A stretch of DNA of 64,000 nt. Origin: a virus. The position numbers and the translations under genes are program-made. The stretch is from the IMG/VR virus record IMGVR_UViG_3300036406_001149; one strand, written 5' to 3'. Below are positions 35,078 to 43,970 of the stretch, one piece after another (the first letter of the stretch is position 1; each line of letters opens with the position of its first letter). The notes under the pieces were generated by a model that was not told the origin of the DNA, did no database searches, and saw only the letters and a list, made by a program, of their open reading frames with translations.

Positions 35078-36379
35078 CTATATGTCTCTTTCTTCTCCAT
35101 GAAGAATCTTAAAAGTAGGGAATCGTAGACTAATACCGCCCTTTTCATTCTCTGTCTCTTCAAAATACTGGACAGTTATTTGCTTTCCAAGAATCTTCTT
35201 TGGATTCTTATAAAACTCTTGTCTTTGTTCAATACTAAAACCAGACCCTACTCTTACAGTATGACCCTTATGCTGAATCATAACACAACTCAACATAGTC
35301 TCCTCACATTCTGCACCATCCTTAACATAACGGAATGGCCCCATTTCGGTATCTAGAACTTCGTATTCGTCATCTGAGAACGCTTTATACTTCAATAGGT
35401 CTTTGGATCGTTTACCTTTATATGGAGCGTCAGATCGAAGCATAAGCCCCTCATATCCATTCTGATTGGATTCGGTCACAAACTCTTGAAAGTGACTCTC
35501 ATCCTTCACCAAAGATTGTTCCAACAGTGTCAAGCAAGGACATTCATTCTTTTTCATTACTTCTGTAAGATTCTTGAGTCTGATACTAAATGGTCTATTC
35601 TTCTCTCCCTTCTGGCTATAAAACTCATCATGAGTAATCATATCAAAAATCTTATAGGAAGGATTAGGAATAGTATGATCTTTCTTGCGAAGTTCTTTCA
35701 TTACTCCTTGAAAATCCTCATTACCATCTTCATCAACCAGACAAAGCTCTCCATCAAGAACTACATTAGTAAGTCCCAAAGCTTTAATCCCACCGCTAAC
35801 AATATCAAGAGTATCAAAGATTTTTCCCGTGCGGGAATAAAAGGTAGTATTGCCATTACTATCAACAATAGCAATACATCTAGCACCGTCGATCTTCCTG
35901 CTAACATACCATCCATCCTTCCAGTCTACAATTTTAGGAACATACTTGTCCGCTAGAGCAACACTAAATGTTGGGATATGATCTGGAATAGCCTTGTTAA
36001 TTAGCTTATCTCCAGCACGGGTTTTCAAATCCTTGTCAATGATGCAATGAACAAGTTCTTCGTATTCTCTTTGGTTGTCAATAAAGCTATTAACTGCTCC
36101 AATGGCATCATGACCTGTAATTTCTCTATTCTTCAAAGCATCCAATAGGTCAAATATAGACTTGTATACTTTACCACGCAGATGACTTTTCTTTTTAAGA
36201 TTATCACTAGTCACATTATACTGCCAAAGAGGATGATAAGTATAGAGCAGAATCTTTTTAAGAAAATTTGCTCCACTCTCATTAGAGGAAGTATAATCCT
36301 CAATAATGCCAACCTTATCAAGTGTACTACTAGTTGCTTTCAGATCACGAACAAAACCATTAAGATGCTCAAACGACAT
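35078..36379 (-). CDS. lig: ATP-dependent DNA ligase
   Basis: Start MSFEH at 36379; motif I SRKIDGAR, LDGEL, YKIFD, YEGLML, LLKYK, VGSGFS, SLRFP. Confidence 0.92.
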   Translation of the reverse strand: MSFEHLNGFVRDLKATSSTLDKVGIIEDYTSSNESGANFLKKILLYTYHPLWQYNVTSDNLKKKSHLRGKVYKSIFDLLDALKNREITGHDAIGAVNSFIDNQREYEELVHCIIDKDLKTRAGDKLINKAIPDHIPTFSVALADKYVPKIVDWKDGWYVSRKIDGARCIAIVDSNGNTTFYSRTGKIFDTLDIVSGGIKALGLTNVVLDGELCLVDEDGNEDFQGVMKELRKKDHTIPNPSYKIFDMITHDEFYSQKGEKNRPFSIRLKNLTEVMKKNECPCLTLLEQSLVKDESHFQEFVTESNQNGYEGLMLRSDAPYKGKRSKDLLKYKAFSDDEYEVLDTEMGPFRYVKDGAECEETMLSCVMIQHKGHTVRVGSGFSIEQRQEFYKNPKKILGKQITVQYFEETENEKGGISLRFPTFKILHGEERDI

Positions 36380-36404
36380 TTTTATTTTCTCCTGTGTTGT
36401 TCCA

Positions 36405-36433
36405 ATTCTACCATACGGAAGTCCTCTTGTCAA
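36405..36433 (-). promoter_or_regulatory. Sigma70-type promoter TTGACA-17-TAGAAT
   Basis: CGATAC immediately 5' of the -35; extended -10 TGG. Confidence 0.75.
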
Positions 36434-36440
36434 GTATCGT

Positions 36441-36785
36441 CTATTTGCGATTTGGTCTTGAAAGAAAATAATTCATAGCATTGGTAATTCCAGCTATATC
36501 ATCACCAAGTTTTCCTATTCCAGTATTGCATGGCTCACATAACCATCCTCTAAAACTATTATCATCATGATCATGATCTAAGCACCATTTGTAAGGAATT
36601 TTTTTACAGCACTCACAAACGTCTGGTTTTGGTGGAGCTTTTTTATGAAGCTTGACTCTAATTTTAGAATGTTTCTTAACACATTTTCTACACCTACTAT
36701 CTAAATTATCTTTGTACATACTGTGTTTAGGAAAGCTTCCTTTATTTTTACGCTTACCACAGTATGAACAAATTTTTCTAGACAT
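36441..36785 (-). CDS. Endonuclease VII-type His-Me nuclease
   Basis: CECC...CLDHDH...FRGWLCEPCNTGIGKLGD; N-terminal CxxC...CxxC. Confidence 0.8.
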   Translation of the reverse strand: MSRKICSYCGKRKNKGSFPKHSMYKDNLDSRCRKCVKKHSKIRVKLHKKAPPKPDVCECCKKIPYKWCLDHDHDDNSFRGWLCEPCNTGIGKLGDDIAGITNAMNYFLSRPNRK

Positions 36786-36787
36786 AA

Positions 36788-37345
36788 TTATATTTGAAGA
36801 GAAATTAATTCTTCAATTTTCCTTAAATTTTTAGCCTCAATAACATATGCCCCATGTAAAGATATTATTTCTCCATCATAAGGTTTTGATGGCAGATCAT
36901 TATCATTGGCCCAGCCAACAAGATATGTTTTATATGGTCTTTCTTTTGGAACTAATGCCAATACATAAATCCAATTTTTGTGTCTTTCTTTTGGTCGAAC
37001 TAATAATCTATAGTTAAGAGGATTATTAGAATATCTCATCAGACTACCTTTAATATCCACATTAGGTAATCCAACTATATCTACTCCATTGTCTCCAGTG
37101 AGAGGATTAGCATTTGCTTTTTCTCTTGCTTGAATATATCCCTCTGAAGAACCAGTAAGGATCATCGACGCACAATAGGTCGATATTTGTCCAACCAATT
37201 GATCTTCTGCTAAATTAGATGCTCTTTTATTAGAGTCTCTAATTTGAGACTTTCCTCCAATCTCTGCTTTTTTAGCATTAGATATTATCAACTGTGTAAA
37301 TTCTGTATTTACAGTATGTGAAATTACGTCATTAGAATTTATCAT
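36788..37345 (-). CDS. Hypothetical protein, possible PD-(D/E)xK fold
   Basis: DNGVD...VDIKGS. Confidence 0.4.
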   Translation of the reverse strand: MINSNDVISHTVNTEFTQLIISNAKKAEIGGKSQIRDSNKRASNLAEDQLVGQISTYCASMILTGSSEGYIQAREKANANPLTGDNGVDIVGLPNVDIKGSLMRYSNNPLNYRLLVRPKERHKNWIYVLALVPKERPYKTYLVGWANDNDLPSKPYDGEIISLHGAYVIEAKNLRKIEELISLQI

Positions 37346-37353
37346 AATATAAG

Positions 37354-37699
37354 TGGACTAGGCGAGAGTCGAACTCGCGTCCAGAATAAACATCAATATA
37401 AATTTCTACATCGTTAGTTGGTTGTTATCACACTACCAACAAAGCTATCAGAATTATCTGTGTCAGATTGAGTACAATCATCATTCCCATTTATGTCTGG
37501 TAGGACTACCATATCCGATTATCGGAGTCAGCATGATTTGGTAATAAGGCTCATGCCGCCCCACTCGTCACCTAATTAGGCAGCGAGGGCAAGAGTTGTC
37601 TTGCCAATTAACAAATTTAATCGACTTTTAAACTGGCCGGTCGATTAACCAGTCGATGCTATCTATACCTATTTTACCTGTCGATACCTTTACTAGCCC
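37354..37699 (-). ncRNA. ssrA: tmRNA, tag peptide (A)GKTTLALAA
   Basis: GGGCTAG/CTAGTCC-A acceptor with G3:U70; T-arm GCGAG-TTCGACT-CTCGC; pk1 ACTGGT/GCCAGT plus AATCGAC/GTCGATT; tag frame 37605-37576. Confidence 0.93.
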
Positions 37700-37707
37700 G
37701 TAAATAT

Positions 37708-37950
37708 TTACACCGTTCGTTCTTTGGTAAATTTTTTAATAATCTGTTTCATTAACTCGTTTAGCTCCTCATCAGAGATTTTAGGTTTGGGAACATTTGG
37801 TTCTAAAAACAAACCCCTTGCCGGTCCTGCTTCCATTTTTTGTATTTGATAAATCAGTCTTTGGTTGTCTTTGTGATATACTATATTAAATCCCAGAGAG
37901 CATAAGAAAAGACCTAAAAAAATGATTGTAAGAGGTTGTATGTTTTTCAT
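37708..37950 (-). CDS. N-terminal TM hypothetical protein
   Basis: LTIIFLGLFLCSLGFNIVY. Confidence 0.55.
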   Translation of the reverse strand: MKNIQPLTIIFLGLFLCSLGFNIVYHKDNQRLIYQIQKMEAGPARGLFLEPNVPKPKISDEELNELMKQIIKKFTKERTV

Positions 37951-38067
37951 TGATTTTGTAATATTTTTTCTAGTAATATTTCACACTCATTAAGTTTTAG
38001 AGACATTTCTTCGCATTTTTTACAAACCTCTGTTTGTAGATATTCTTTGATGTGATCTATTTCTAGT

Positions 38068-38436
38068 TTAATTTCTGTTATCTGATGGTTTTGGTTGTTT
38101 TTCATCTTTATTTAACCAGAAAATCATTTCATTTGAATTATCGTCCCACGCACATTCGATTAAATCTTTTGCTGCTAATTTTGACAATCCTGTATGAAAA
38201 ATCCAATCTCTAATATCTTCAAAAGTATCATTAAATACTTCTTCATTAACCAAATAATTTCCTTCTTCGTCTTGTCCCAAACTATAACCAACAATAATAT
38301 TAATTGTTTGATTAATGGTTATATAGTCATTCAAATTGTCGTTATCATTATAATCAACAAAAGATTCTGCGGCAGCCTTTCTTATAGAATCAGCATACCC
38401 TTGCAAATCCATTATCGAATATGTATCTTCAGACAT
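38068..38436 (-). CDS. Hypothetical protein, paralogue of 21290-21721
   Basis: Shared N- and C-terminal motifs. Confidence 0.65.
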   Translation of the reverse strand: MSEDTYSIMDLQGYADSIRKAAAESFVDYNDNDNLNDYITINQTINIIVGYSLGQDEEGNYLVNEEVFNDTFEDIRDWIFHTGLSKLAAKDLIECAWDDNSNEMIFWLNKDEKQPKPSDNRN

Positions 38437-38456
38437 AATATGTAATACCCCAAAAT

Positions 38457-38750
38457 TTAAAAAAACTTTTTTACTCCAGTATCTTGTTCAGAGTTTCTCG
38501 ACAGTTCCAGTAGTTTATCAATGGTGTTCTGTAAACTATACTCTCCTCTACTTAGCAACTTTTTATGCTCATAAAGAGCAGTAATAATTTGAGGTAGATA
38601 AAACTGGTTGGCTAGTTCAAATTCTTTTGGAAAATAAGCCTTCAGAATATTTTCAATTTCCAATACTTTGTTAGTAATTTGATCTCGACAATTCACGAGA
38701 TTATTAACTTGATCTTTTTGTTCTTGAGTAAGAATCATACTAAGCCTCAA
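38457..38750 (-). CDS. Hypothetical protein
   Basis: ORF track. Confidence 0.5.
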   Translation of the reverse strand: MRLSMILTQEQKDQVNNLVNCRDQITNKVLEIENILKAYFPKEFELANQFYLPQIITALYEHKKLLSRGEYSLQNTIDKLLELSRNSEQDTGVKKFF

Positions 38751-39144
38751 CCTTCGGTTTGAGTTTCATAAGCTTATGCTTAATTTTCCAAACATGGGTT
38801 TCTTTGTTCTGAATGTCTGGCCCCATATAGATGTGACAAAAGCCTTGGTGTTTGTCCAGCCCCCATGCTTTAATTCCATGCTGATCAATTCCTTCCACAA
38901 CAAAACGACCCCTATATCCCATAGGGATGAAGTCTGCACCTCTCACAAAGTATGGGCCTCCACCCACTCTGATTCTATCTCCTTTTACAAGTTCTTTCCA
39001 ATTAAAGTCACGAATGATCTTTGTGTTCTTTGCTTCTTTGCTCTTTGCCTTAAAAACGAAAGGAGCATTGCACTTAGGACACATATAAGCTCGCGGGCCT
39101 GTGGTAGCTCCACATTTTTCACAAGTTTTTTGACCCTTACCCAT
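38740..39144 (-). CDS. Zinc-finger protein
   Basis: CEKCG...CPKC; first gene after promoter; GGAGA RBS. Confidence 0.65.
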   Translation of the reverse strand: MGKGQKTCEKCGATTGPRAYMCPKCNAPFVFKAKSKEAKNTKIIRDFNWKELVKGDRIRVGGGPYFVRGADFIPMGYRGRFVVEGIDQHGIKAWGLDKHQGFCHIYMGPDIQNKETHVWKIKHKLMKLKPKVEA

Positions 39145-39181
39145 TTTCTTTTTCTCCTGTGTTTGTTGACGTTACACCCTA

Positions 39182-39209
39182 AGTATAACTCAATTATCGG
39201 CACTGTCAA
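39182..39209 (-). promoter_or_regulatory. Sigma70-type promoter TTGACA-16-TATACT
   Basis: Spacer GTGCCGATAATTGAGT. Confidence 0.75.
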
Positions 39210-39257
39210 GAGAGAATCTTTAGAATGTTCACGAATTTTTCTTTTTAGTCACTAATT

Positions 39258-39665
39258 TTAGACGATATAGCCCTCTTTTTCTGCTTCACTATCACAAAGG
39301 GTTTTTATCCATGCCATAACCGGCTCTCCTTCATCGTCTCTTCTTTGTTTACGAAGCTTTCCTCTTTCTCCAGTAACTTCACAAGTTATATAGCTCATAC
39401 TTTCTGCCATTTCTATTGCTCCTCTAATAAACTCATCAGCACCATAAGCATAGGCTCTTAGCCCGCCAAACTTTTCTTTAATCTGACTCCAATAAAAAAA
39501 ATCTAGAGGCTCATTAATCTTTTGCTTGTAATGAAGACGATTATCTACAATATAACATAGCCTGGATAGGATATTAAACCAACCATCCCCACATTCTATC
39601 CATGTAAGATTTTTAAACTGTTCAGGATAGGCTGAAATTAATTTAGCTGTTAGTTCAGGACTCAT
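39258..39665 (-). CDS. Conserved phage hypothetical protein
   Basis: ECGDGWFNIL...QIKEKFGGLRAY...AESMSYITCEVTG. Confidence 0.65.
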   Translation of the reverse strand: MSPELTAKLISAYPEQFKNLTWIECGDGWFNILSRLCYIVDNRLHYKQKINEPLDFFYWSQIKEKFGGLRAYAYGADEFIRGAIEMAESMSYITCEVTGERGKLRKQRRDDEGEPVMAWIKTLCDSEAEKEGYIV

Positions 39666-39927
39666 TATAGTCTACCTTGTGTATAATTCGTGTTCCAAGA
39701 TGAGCATTACTCAATTCTGTACTATCGTTAAGAGATTCATCGCAAAGTCTTTCAAATTCTTTTCGACCAATCTTTCGACCATCAAGAATAGTTTCTTCAA
39801 GATGTTTTTGGGTCAATTCTTCTGGCTTATCAATCAATACAGTATCATATGCGTGTTCAAGACTCTTAGCCTCAATAACATACTTATGACGAAACAAAGA
39901 AACGGTATTAACTTCAAATAGTGGCAT
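39655..39927 (-). CDS. Hypothetical protein
   Basis: ORF track. Confidence 0.55.
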   Translation of the reverse strand: MPLFEVNTVSLFRHKYVIEAKSLEHAYDTVLIDKPEELTQKHLEETILDGRKIGRKEFERLCDESLNDSTELSNAHLGTRIIHKVDYNES

Positions 39928-39937
39928 AATAATCTCC

Positions 39938-40159
39938 TTAGTCTATGTTGATATTATATTCTGTAACTAATCTGTGAAATTCTGATCTAATCTTGTCAAG
40001 AGCATCGCCCGCGTCGGTAAAATCATTGCTGTATTTCTGCCAAGATCGTAGTTGTTGAGAAAAATCCCACAACATTCTTTTAGCATCACCAGCTTGAATA
40101 GCAGTATCAAACTCGTATTGTTCTTCTGGTAGTTTAAATTTTAAAGTTGCTATCGGCAT
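39938..40159 (-). CDS. Hypothetical protein
   Basis: ATLKFKLPEEQYEFDTAI, common small phage protein style. Confidence 0.55.
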   Translation of the reverse strand: MPIATLKFKLPEEQYEFDTAIQAGDAKRMLWDFSQQLRSWQKYSNDFTDAGDALDKIRSEFHRLVTEYNINID

Positions 40160-40162
40160 AAC

Positions 40163-40405
40163 TCACCTTTTCTTTTTAAGATCATCTGGCTTTTTATCTG
40201 GATCAGGAATAATAGTTAGGGTGTTATTCCTAAAGGTAGTCATATAACTTTGTGCAATCTTTTTCTTTAACAAACCTTCTTCTTCAATCTGGGTGTAAAC
40301 ATTGATACGATAATAATCATGAAATACATTAATAATTTTGGTCATTAAATGATATTTAGGTTTTTCTACTTGCCTAAATAGTAGTCTTTCGATCTCAAAA
40401 TCCAT
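40163..40405 (-). CDS. Hypothetical protein
   Basis: ORF track. Confidence 0.55.
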   Translation of the reverse strand: MDFEIERLLFRQVEKPKYHLMTKIINVFHDYYRINVYTQIEEEGLLKKKIAQSYMTTFRNNTLTIIPDPDKKPDDLKKKR

Positions 40406-40638
40406 TAAAACCTACCCTTCTTGTTTTCAGTAAAAATACTATCCATATTTATTGAGAGAACAGGATACTCTCTATTGTTATCGTCACTAATAAAATATGT
40501 ATCACATGAATGTTCTTCTCCAGTAGAAGCGTCGTGAATAATTACTGGATCATTCCAATTAAACTTACCAAGATTATCGAGATCATGAGTTTGTTTATAG
40601 AGGAAATTGTATAGATCAAGCCAAGTTATATTATTCAT
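40405..40638 (-). CDS. Hypothetical protein
   Basis: ORF track. Confidence 0.5.
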   Translation of the reverse strand: MNNITWLDLYNFLYKQTHDLDNLGKFNWNDPVIIHDASTGEEHSCDTYFISDDNNREYPVLSINMDSIFTENKKGRF

Positions 40639-40853
40639 CTAGCTCTCCTGTTTGCTCTATCAAGAATACGAATAGTTTCTTTAGCGTTACTAGGAACCAT
40701 AACCAAACTTGGTGCAGTCTTATGTCCCCAGTCCATAAATCCTACAGCTTTCTTTTCTGCTGAACATTCTTTACAAACAATATTTCTATTAGTTTCGATA
40801 AGGAATTCATATCGTTCAATACCAACACAATTTTTACAGTATATGCAGTTCAT
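40635..40853 (-). CDS. DksA/TraR-type C4 zinc-finger protein
   Basis: CIYC...ERYEFL......CKECS. Confidence 0.6.
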   Translation of the reverse strand: MNCIYCKNCVGIERYEFLIETNRNIVCKECSAEKKAVGFMDWGHKTAPSLVMVPSNAKETIRILDRANRRAR

Positions 40854-40888
40854 AATTTCTCCAAAACTCTGGTAGCGATAACGCTTCT

Positions 40889-40916
40889 TTTATACCATAG
40901 GTATCGGAGTTGTCAA
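40889..40916 (-). promoter_or_regulatory. Sigma70-type promoter TTGACA-16-TATAAA
   Basis: Spacer ACTCCGATACCTATGG. Confidence 0.7.
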
Positions 40917-40933
40917 CTGTCAGACTTGAAAAA

Positions 40934-41236
40934 CTATTTGTGTTTCTTTTTCTTTTTTATATTTCTATCTAGATGATCTAAATATAGGTTTTGATGAAGC
41001 TGTTCCTGCTTCTCTTTTTCTTTGCGTAACTTTTTATGTTTTTTATCTTCTACCAATTTAATTTTTATGGCTTTTGTGCCAGAGTATACCATAAAGATAG
41101 GAACAACCATAAATAATATTAGTATTAGATAAGAAAAATACCATAGAATTCTTACTAAGAACGAAAGGAATATTATACAGTAATATGAAAACGGAGCTTC
41201 TCTTTGAAAATATTCCATCCATTCTGGTTCAAACAT
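40934..41236 (-). CDS. Membrane protein with basic tail
   Basis: Two hydrophobic segments. Confidence 0.5.
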   Translation of the reverse strand: MFEPEWMEYFQREAPFSYYCIIFLSFLVRILWYFSYLILILFMVVPIFMVYSGTKAIKIKLVEDKKHKKLRKEKEKQEQLHQNLYLDHLDRNIKKKKKHK

Positions 41237-41239
41237 ATA

Positions 41240-42025
41240 TTATGTCCATAAATGCCTACGGAGTTTAATAAGTTCAACCATCATATCTTCATCTTCTTGA
41301 TCATATGCCTCTTCTATTTTGACAAGTTTCATATAGTTTCTGTGGGCATTTTTAGGAGCTTTATCTTTAAAATTATTTAACTCCATAGTATCATATATTT
41401 TATTCCAACCGCTTTTTTCCATTGGGCTAAGTCTATTGGGTCTTTGATATTTCCACCATTCATAAAGTTTTTTAATTTTACGACTAGCTTTTGCTTGGTC
41501 ACTCAAAACTCTTTTACCTGTTTCGCTTTTTACCTTCAAGTTATTTGCCCACTTAAAATAATCATAAGCAGCATCAACGCAACGACTGTTTGTGAATTTG
41601 TATTTATTTTTATTTTGCCAAGTCATACTATGGGCCAGTTCAATCTCTACAAAATCAACCAGTTCATTAAAAAGACCATGTATCAAACGATAATCAAATT
41701 CATAGTAATGTCCAGGATTTAAGCCTGTTTTGAGATAGTGGGTTTTATCTATATAGCGATTACAAATATAGTACCTGATTTCTTTGTAAACGTCTAATGG
41801 AAAATTAATAGTATTTTGTAAACTGCGTAAAAATTTTTCTGTAAACCAATACCTAAATGGTTTTCTCTTTTTTAGATCATTATAATATTTATCCCATTCT
41901 CCCCATTCTAGAGCAAATGGTTTTTTTTCACCCCTAATCCAGTCAGCGAACTTACTAGATGACCAGTAATGAACTCTTGTTCTTAGCATAGAACTTACCC
42001 TTAGCGTATTTAAAAAAGTAATCAC
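41240..42025 (-). CDS. Hypothetical protein
   Basis: ORF track; true start may be MLRTRV at about 41989. Confidence 0.6.
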   Translation of the reverse strand: MITFLNTLRVSSMLRTRVHYWSSSKFADWIRGEKKPFALEWGEWDKYYNDLKKRKPFRYWFTEKFLRSLQNTINFPLDVYKEIRYYICNRYIDKTHYLKTGLNPGHYYEFDYRLIHGLFNELVDFVEIELAHSMTWQNKNKYKFTNSRCVDAAYDYFKWANNLKVKSETGKRVLSDQAKASRKIKKLYEWWKYQRPNRLSPMEKSGWNKIYDTMELNNFKDKAPKNAHRNYMKLVKIEEAYDQEDEDMMVELIKLRRHLWT

Positions 42026-42455
42026 TATCTATAGTAATTTGAGTATCGTCACTGTCTTCAAAATGATTATCTCCAATACTCCAATAAACATCATTTAAAC
42101 CAACAGCGCCCAATATCTTTGCACAATTCTCGCAAGGCTTACTTAATCTCATTCTTCCATCTCTGCCAATTCGCACAACAACAATTGACCAATTAGGATC
42201 AATGGAATTATACCTATCAAGTAATTGAGAAACAAGATGAGACTCAGCATGGCTATATGGGAACTCCTTGTATGTTTGAATATTAAACTTTTGTCCCATT
42301 CTAAAAGCCTTAGCATTAACCTTTATCGGGTTGTTTTGGCTGAGACAAAAGGGTTTATTTCCATCGAAAGCTATAGCAAAATGATATCGTCTTTGAAAGG
42401 TGTTAGGTATAAACCTCTCATAAGATAATTTAATTGCTGTTTTCAAAATCTTCAT
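41955..42455 (-). CDS. Zinc-dependent cytidine-deaminase-fold protein
   Basis: HAE and SKPCENC. Confidence 0.75.
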   Translation of the reverse strand: MKILKTAIKLSYERFIPNTFQRRYHFAIAFDGNKPFCLSQNNPIKVNAKAFRMGQKFNIQTYKEFPYSHAESHLVSQLLDRYNSIDPNWSIVVVRIGRDGRMRLSKPCENCAKILGAVGLNDVYWSIGDNHFEDSDDTQITIDSDYFFKYAKGKFYAKNKSSLLVI

Positions 42456-42612
42456 TTGCAGCGTTATCCAAAGTTTCGTTTATTTTTCTCAAGTCAATAG
42501 GAGTATAAATATCATCATTATCTTGACCAGAAGATGGCTCTAGTCTATATTTAGTTATTTCTTTGGATACTGGAGTTTCTGGATTAAGTTTAATTCTTTT
42601 GGGTTCTTTCAT
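42430..42612 (-). CDS. Hypothetical protein
   Basis: ORF track. Confidence 0.45.
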   Translation of the reverse strand: MKEPKRIKLNPETPVSKEITKYRLEPSSGQDNDDIYTPIDLRKINETLDNAANEDFENSN

Positions 42613-42931
42613 AAATATATCTTTATTTTGAAGCTAACATATATAATCCAACATTAGCTGCTGCATAACCAAGATAAGCTATAAACATACCATAGTTATT
42701 GTGTAGATAACCTTGTTCCACGGCTATATAAAGATAAATCAAGCCAGTGATAAGAATAAGGTTAGCTGACATTTTAATTTTTCTCTATTGGAATATATTT
42801 AGTACCATCAGCAGCAGTCTGTTCCTGACCAATAGTAATCTTCTTATCTTCTTTAAGCAAGCTGATCATTGCTTGAGTATTAACATTTGGACTAATAGAA
42901 ATTGCACCGATTTGGGCCATCTTGTATCTCC

Positions 42932-43846
42932 TTATTTATAAAGTGTAGTTAAAGTTTCATTATATTCGGCAATAGCTAAATCTTTACCTTTGACCTCAAA
43001 ATCAACGTCAAATTCTAGACCATAAGTATCAAAAGGCTGAGTAGGAACATCACAATGTGCTCGTGGATTATTACCTGGGCGACTCTCACTGTAATGAAAT
43101 AGAGGAGTGGTTTGCCAAGTATCCCAGCACATATTAATAGCTTCACATTCTGTCAAATTATTAGAATGACATTTGTGATGAAGATAATCGAAGCAGATTG
43201 GGATTCTTGTAATTGGATGAAAAATATCTACCAATTCTTTAACGCTCCAGCAATTAAGTTTGTCGTCATTTTCGATTGTGATACGGGCTTGGCAGTTTTC
43301 GTCCAGTTTTTTAAAGTTTTCATAAAATCTGTGAGCAATTTCTTCTCTAGTTCCATTATTATTGTGAACATGAAAATTCATGGGCGATCTACGATCTGCC
43401 GGAAGTCCAATTCTGTCAAAGAAACTACTGTAGAAGTTGAGTTCCGTAATTGTTTTTTCGACAACTTGTGGATTGAGGCTTGATAAACTATTAAATTCAC
43501 TAGGATGACAAGAAACACGAACATTAGTATTGGTAATAGTTTGTGCAATATTATCAAACTCGTCTTGAATAAGGTCGTGATTGGGTAAATCTTCAAGAGA
43601 TACATTGGCTTCATCATAAGTAATTAGTGGAAAAATATCGCTACTAACACGATAAACATAATTATTTTCTGCACAAAACTGAATAGTCTTATCAGTAACC
43701 ATCAAATTGTTTTGGATTCGTGATCCAAGAATTTCTAGTGCTTCTTCTCGCGGCAAAGAGTTAAAACGCTTGAATGTCATGGTCTGATGACCAAAACCTT
43801 GTTCTTTAAGTTTGAGAGAGATACAACAAAGGCCAATTTTACCCAT
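42932..43846 (-). CDS. uvsE: UV-damage endonuclease
   Basis: IGLCC, YRVSSDIFP, VSCHPSEFNSLSS, ITIENDDK, CFDYLHH, FHYSE, HCD, EVKGKD. Confidence 0.9.
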   Translation of the reverse strand: MGKIGLCCISLKLKEQGFGHQTMTFKRFNSLPREEALEILGSRIQNNLMVTDKTIQFCAENNYVYRVSSDIFPLITYDEANVSLEDLPNHDLIQDEFDNIAQTITNTNVRVSCHPSEFNSLSSLNPQVVEKTITELNFYSSFFDRIGLPADRRSPMNFHVHNNNGTREEIAHRFYENFKKLDENCQARITIENDDKLNCWSVKELVDIFHPITRIPICFDYLHHKCHSNNLTECEAINMCWDTWQTTPLFHYSESRPGNNPRAHCDVPTQPFDTYGLEFDVDFEVKGKDLAIAEYNETLTTLYK

Positions 43847-43873
43847 TCACATAACTCCTTGTTTGATGCTCGT

Positions 43874-43902
43874 ATTGTATCATCGACAAACCTGCGTGTC
43901 AA
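43874..43902 (-). promoter_or_regulatory. Sigma70-type promoter TTGACA-17-TACAAT
   Basis: Spacer CGCAGGTTTGTCGATGA. Confidence 0.75.
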
Positions 43903-43931
43903 TCTTTATTTTTTCTCTATCGTGGACGATT

Positions 43932-43943
43932 GGTGTAATAATG
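43932..43943 (+). promoter_or_regulatory. Class II promoter motif GGTGTAATAATG
   Basis: On the plus strand, about 28 nt before ATG 43971; separate AGGAGA RBS. Confidence 0.45.
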
Positions 43944-43970
43944 AGTATCGGACTGTGTTAGGAGAATAAT

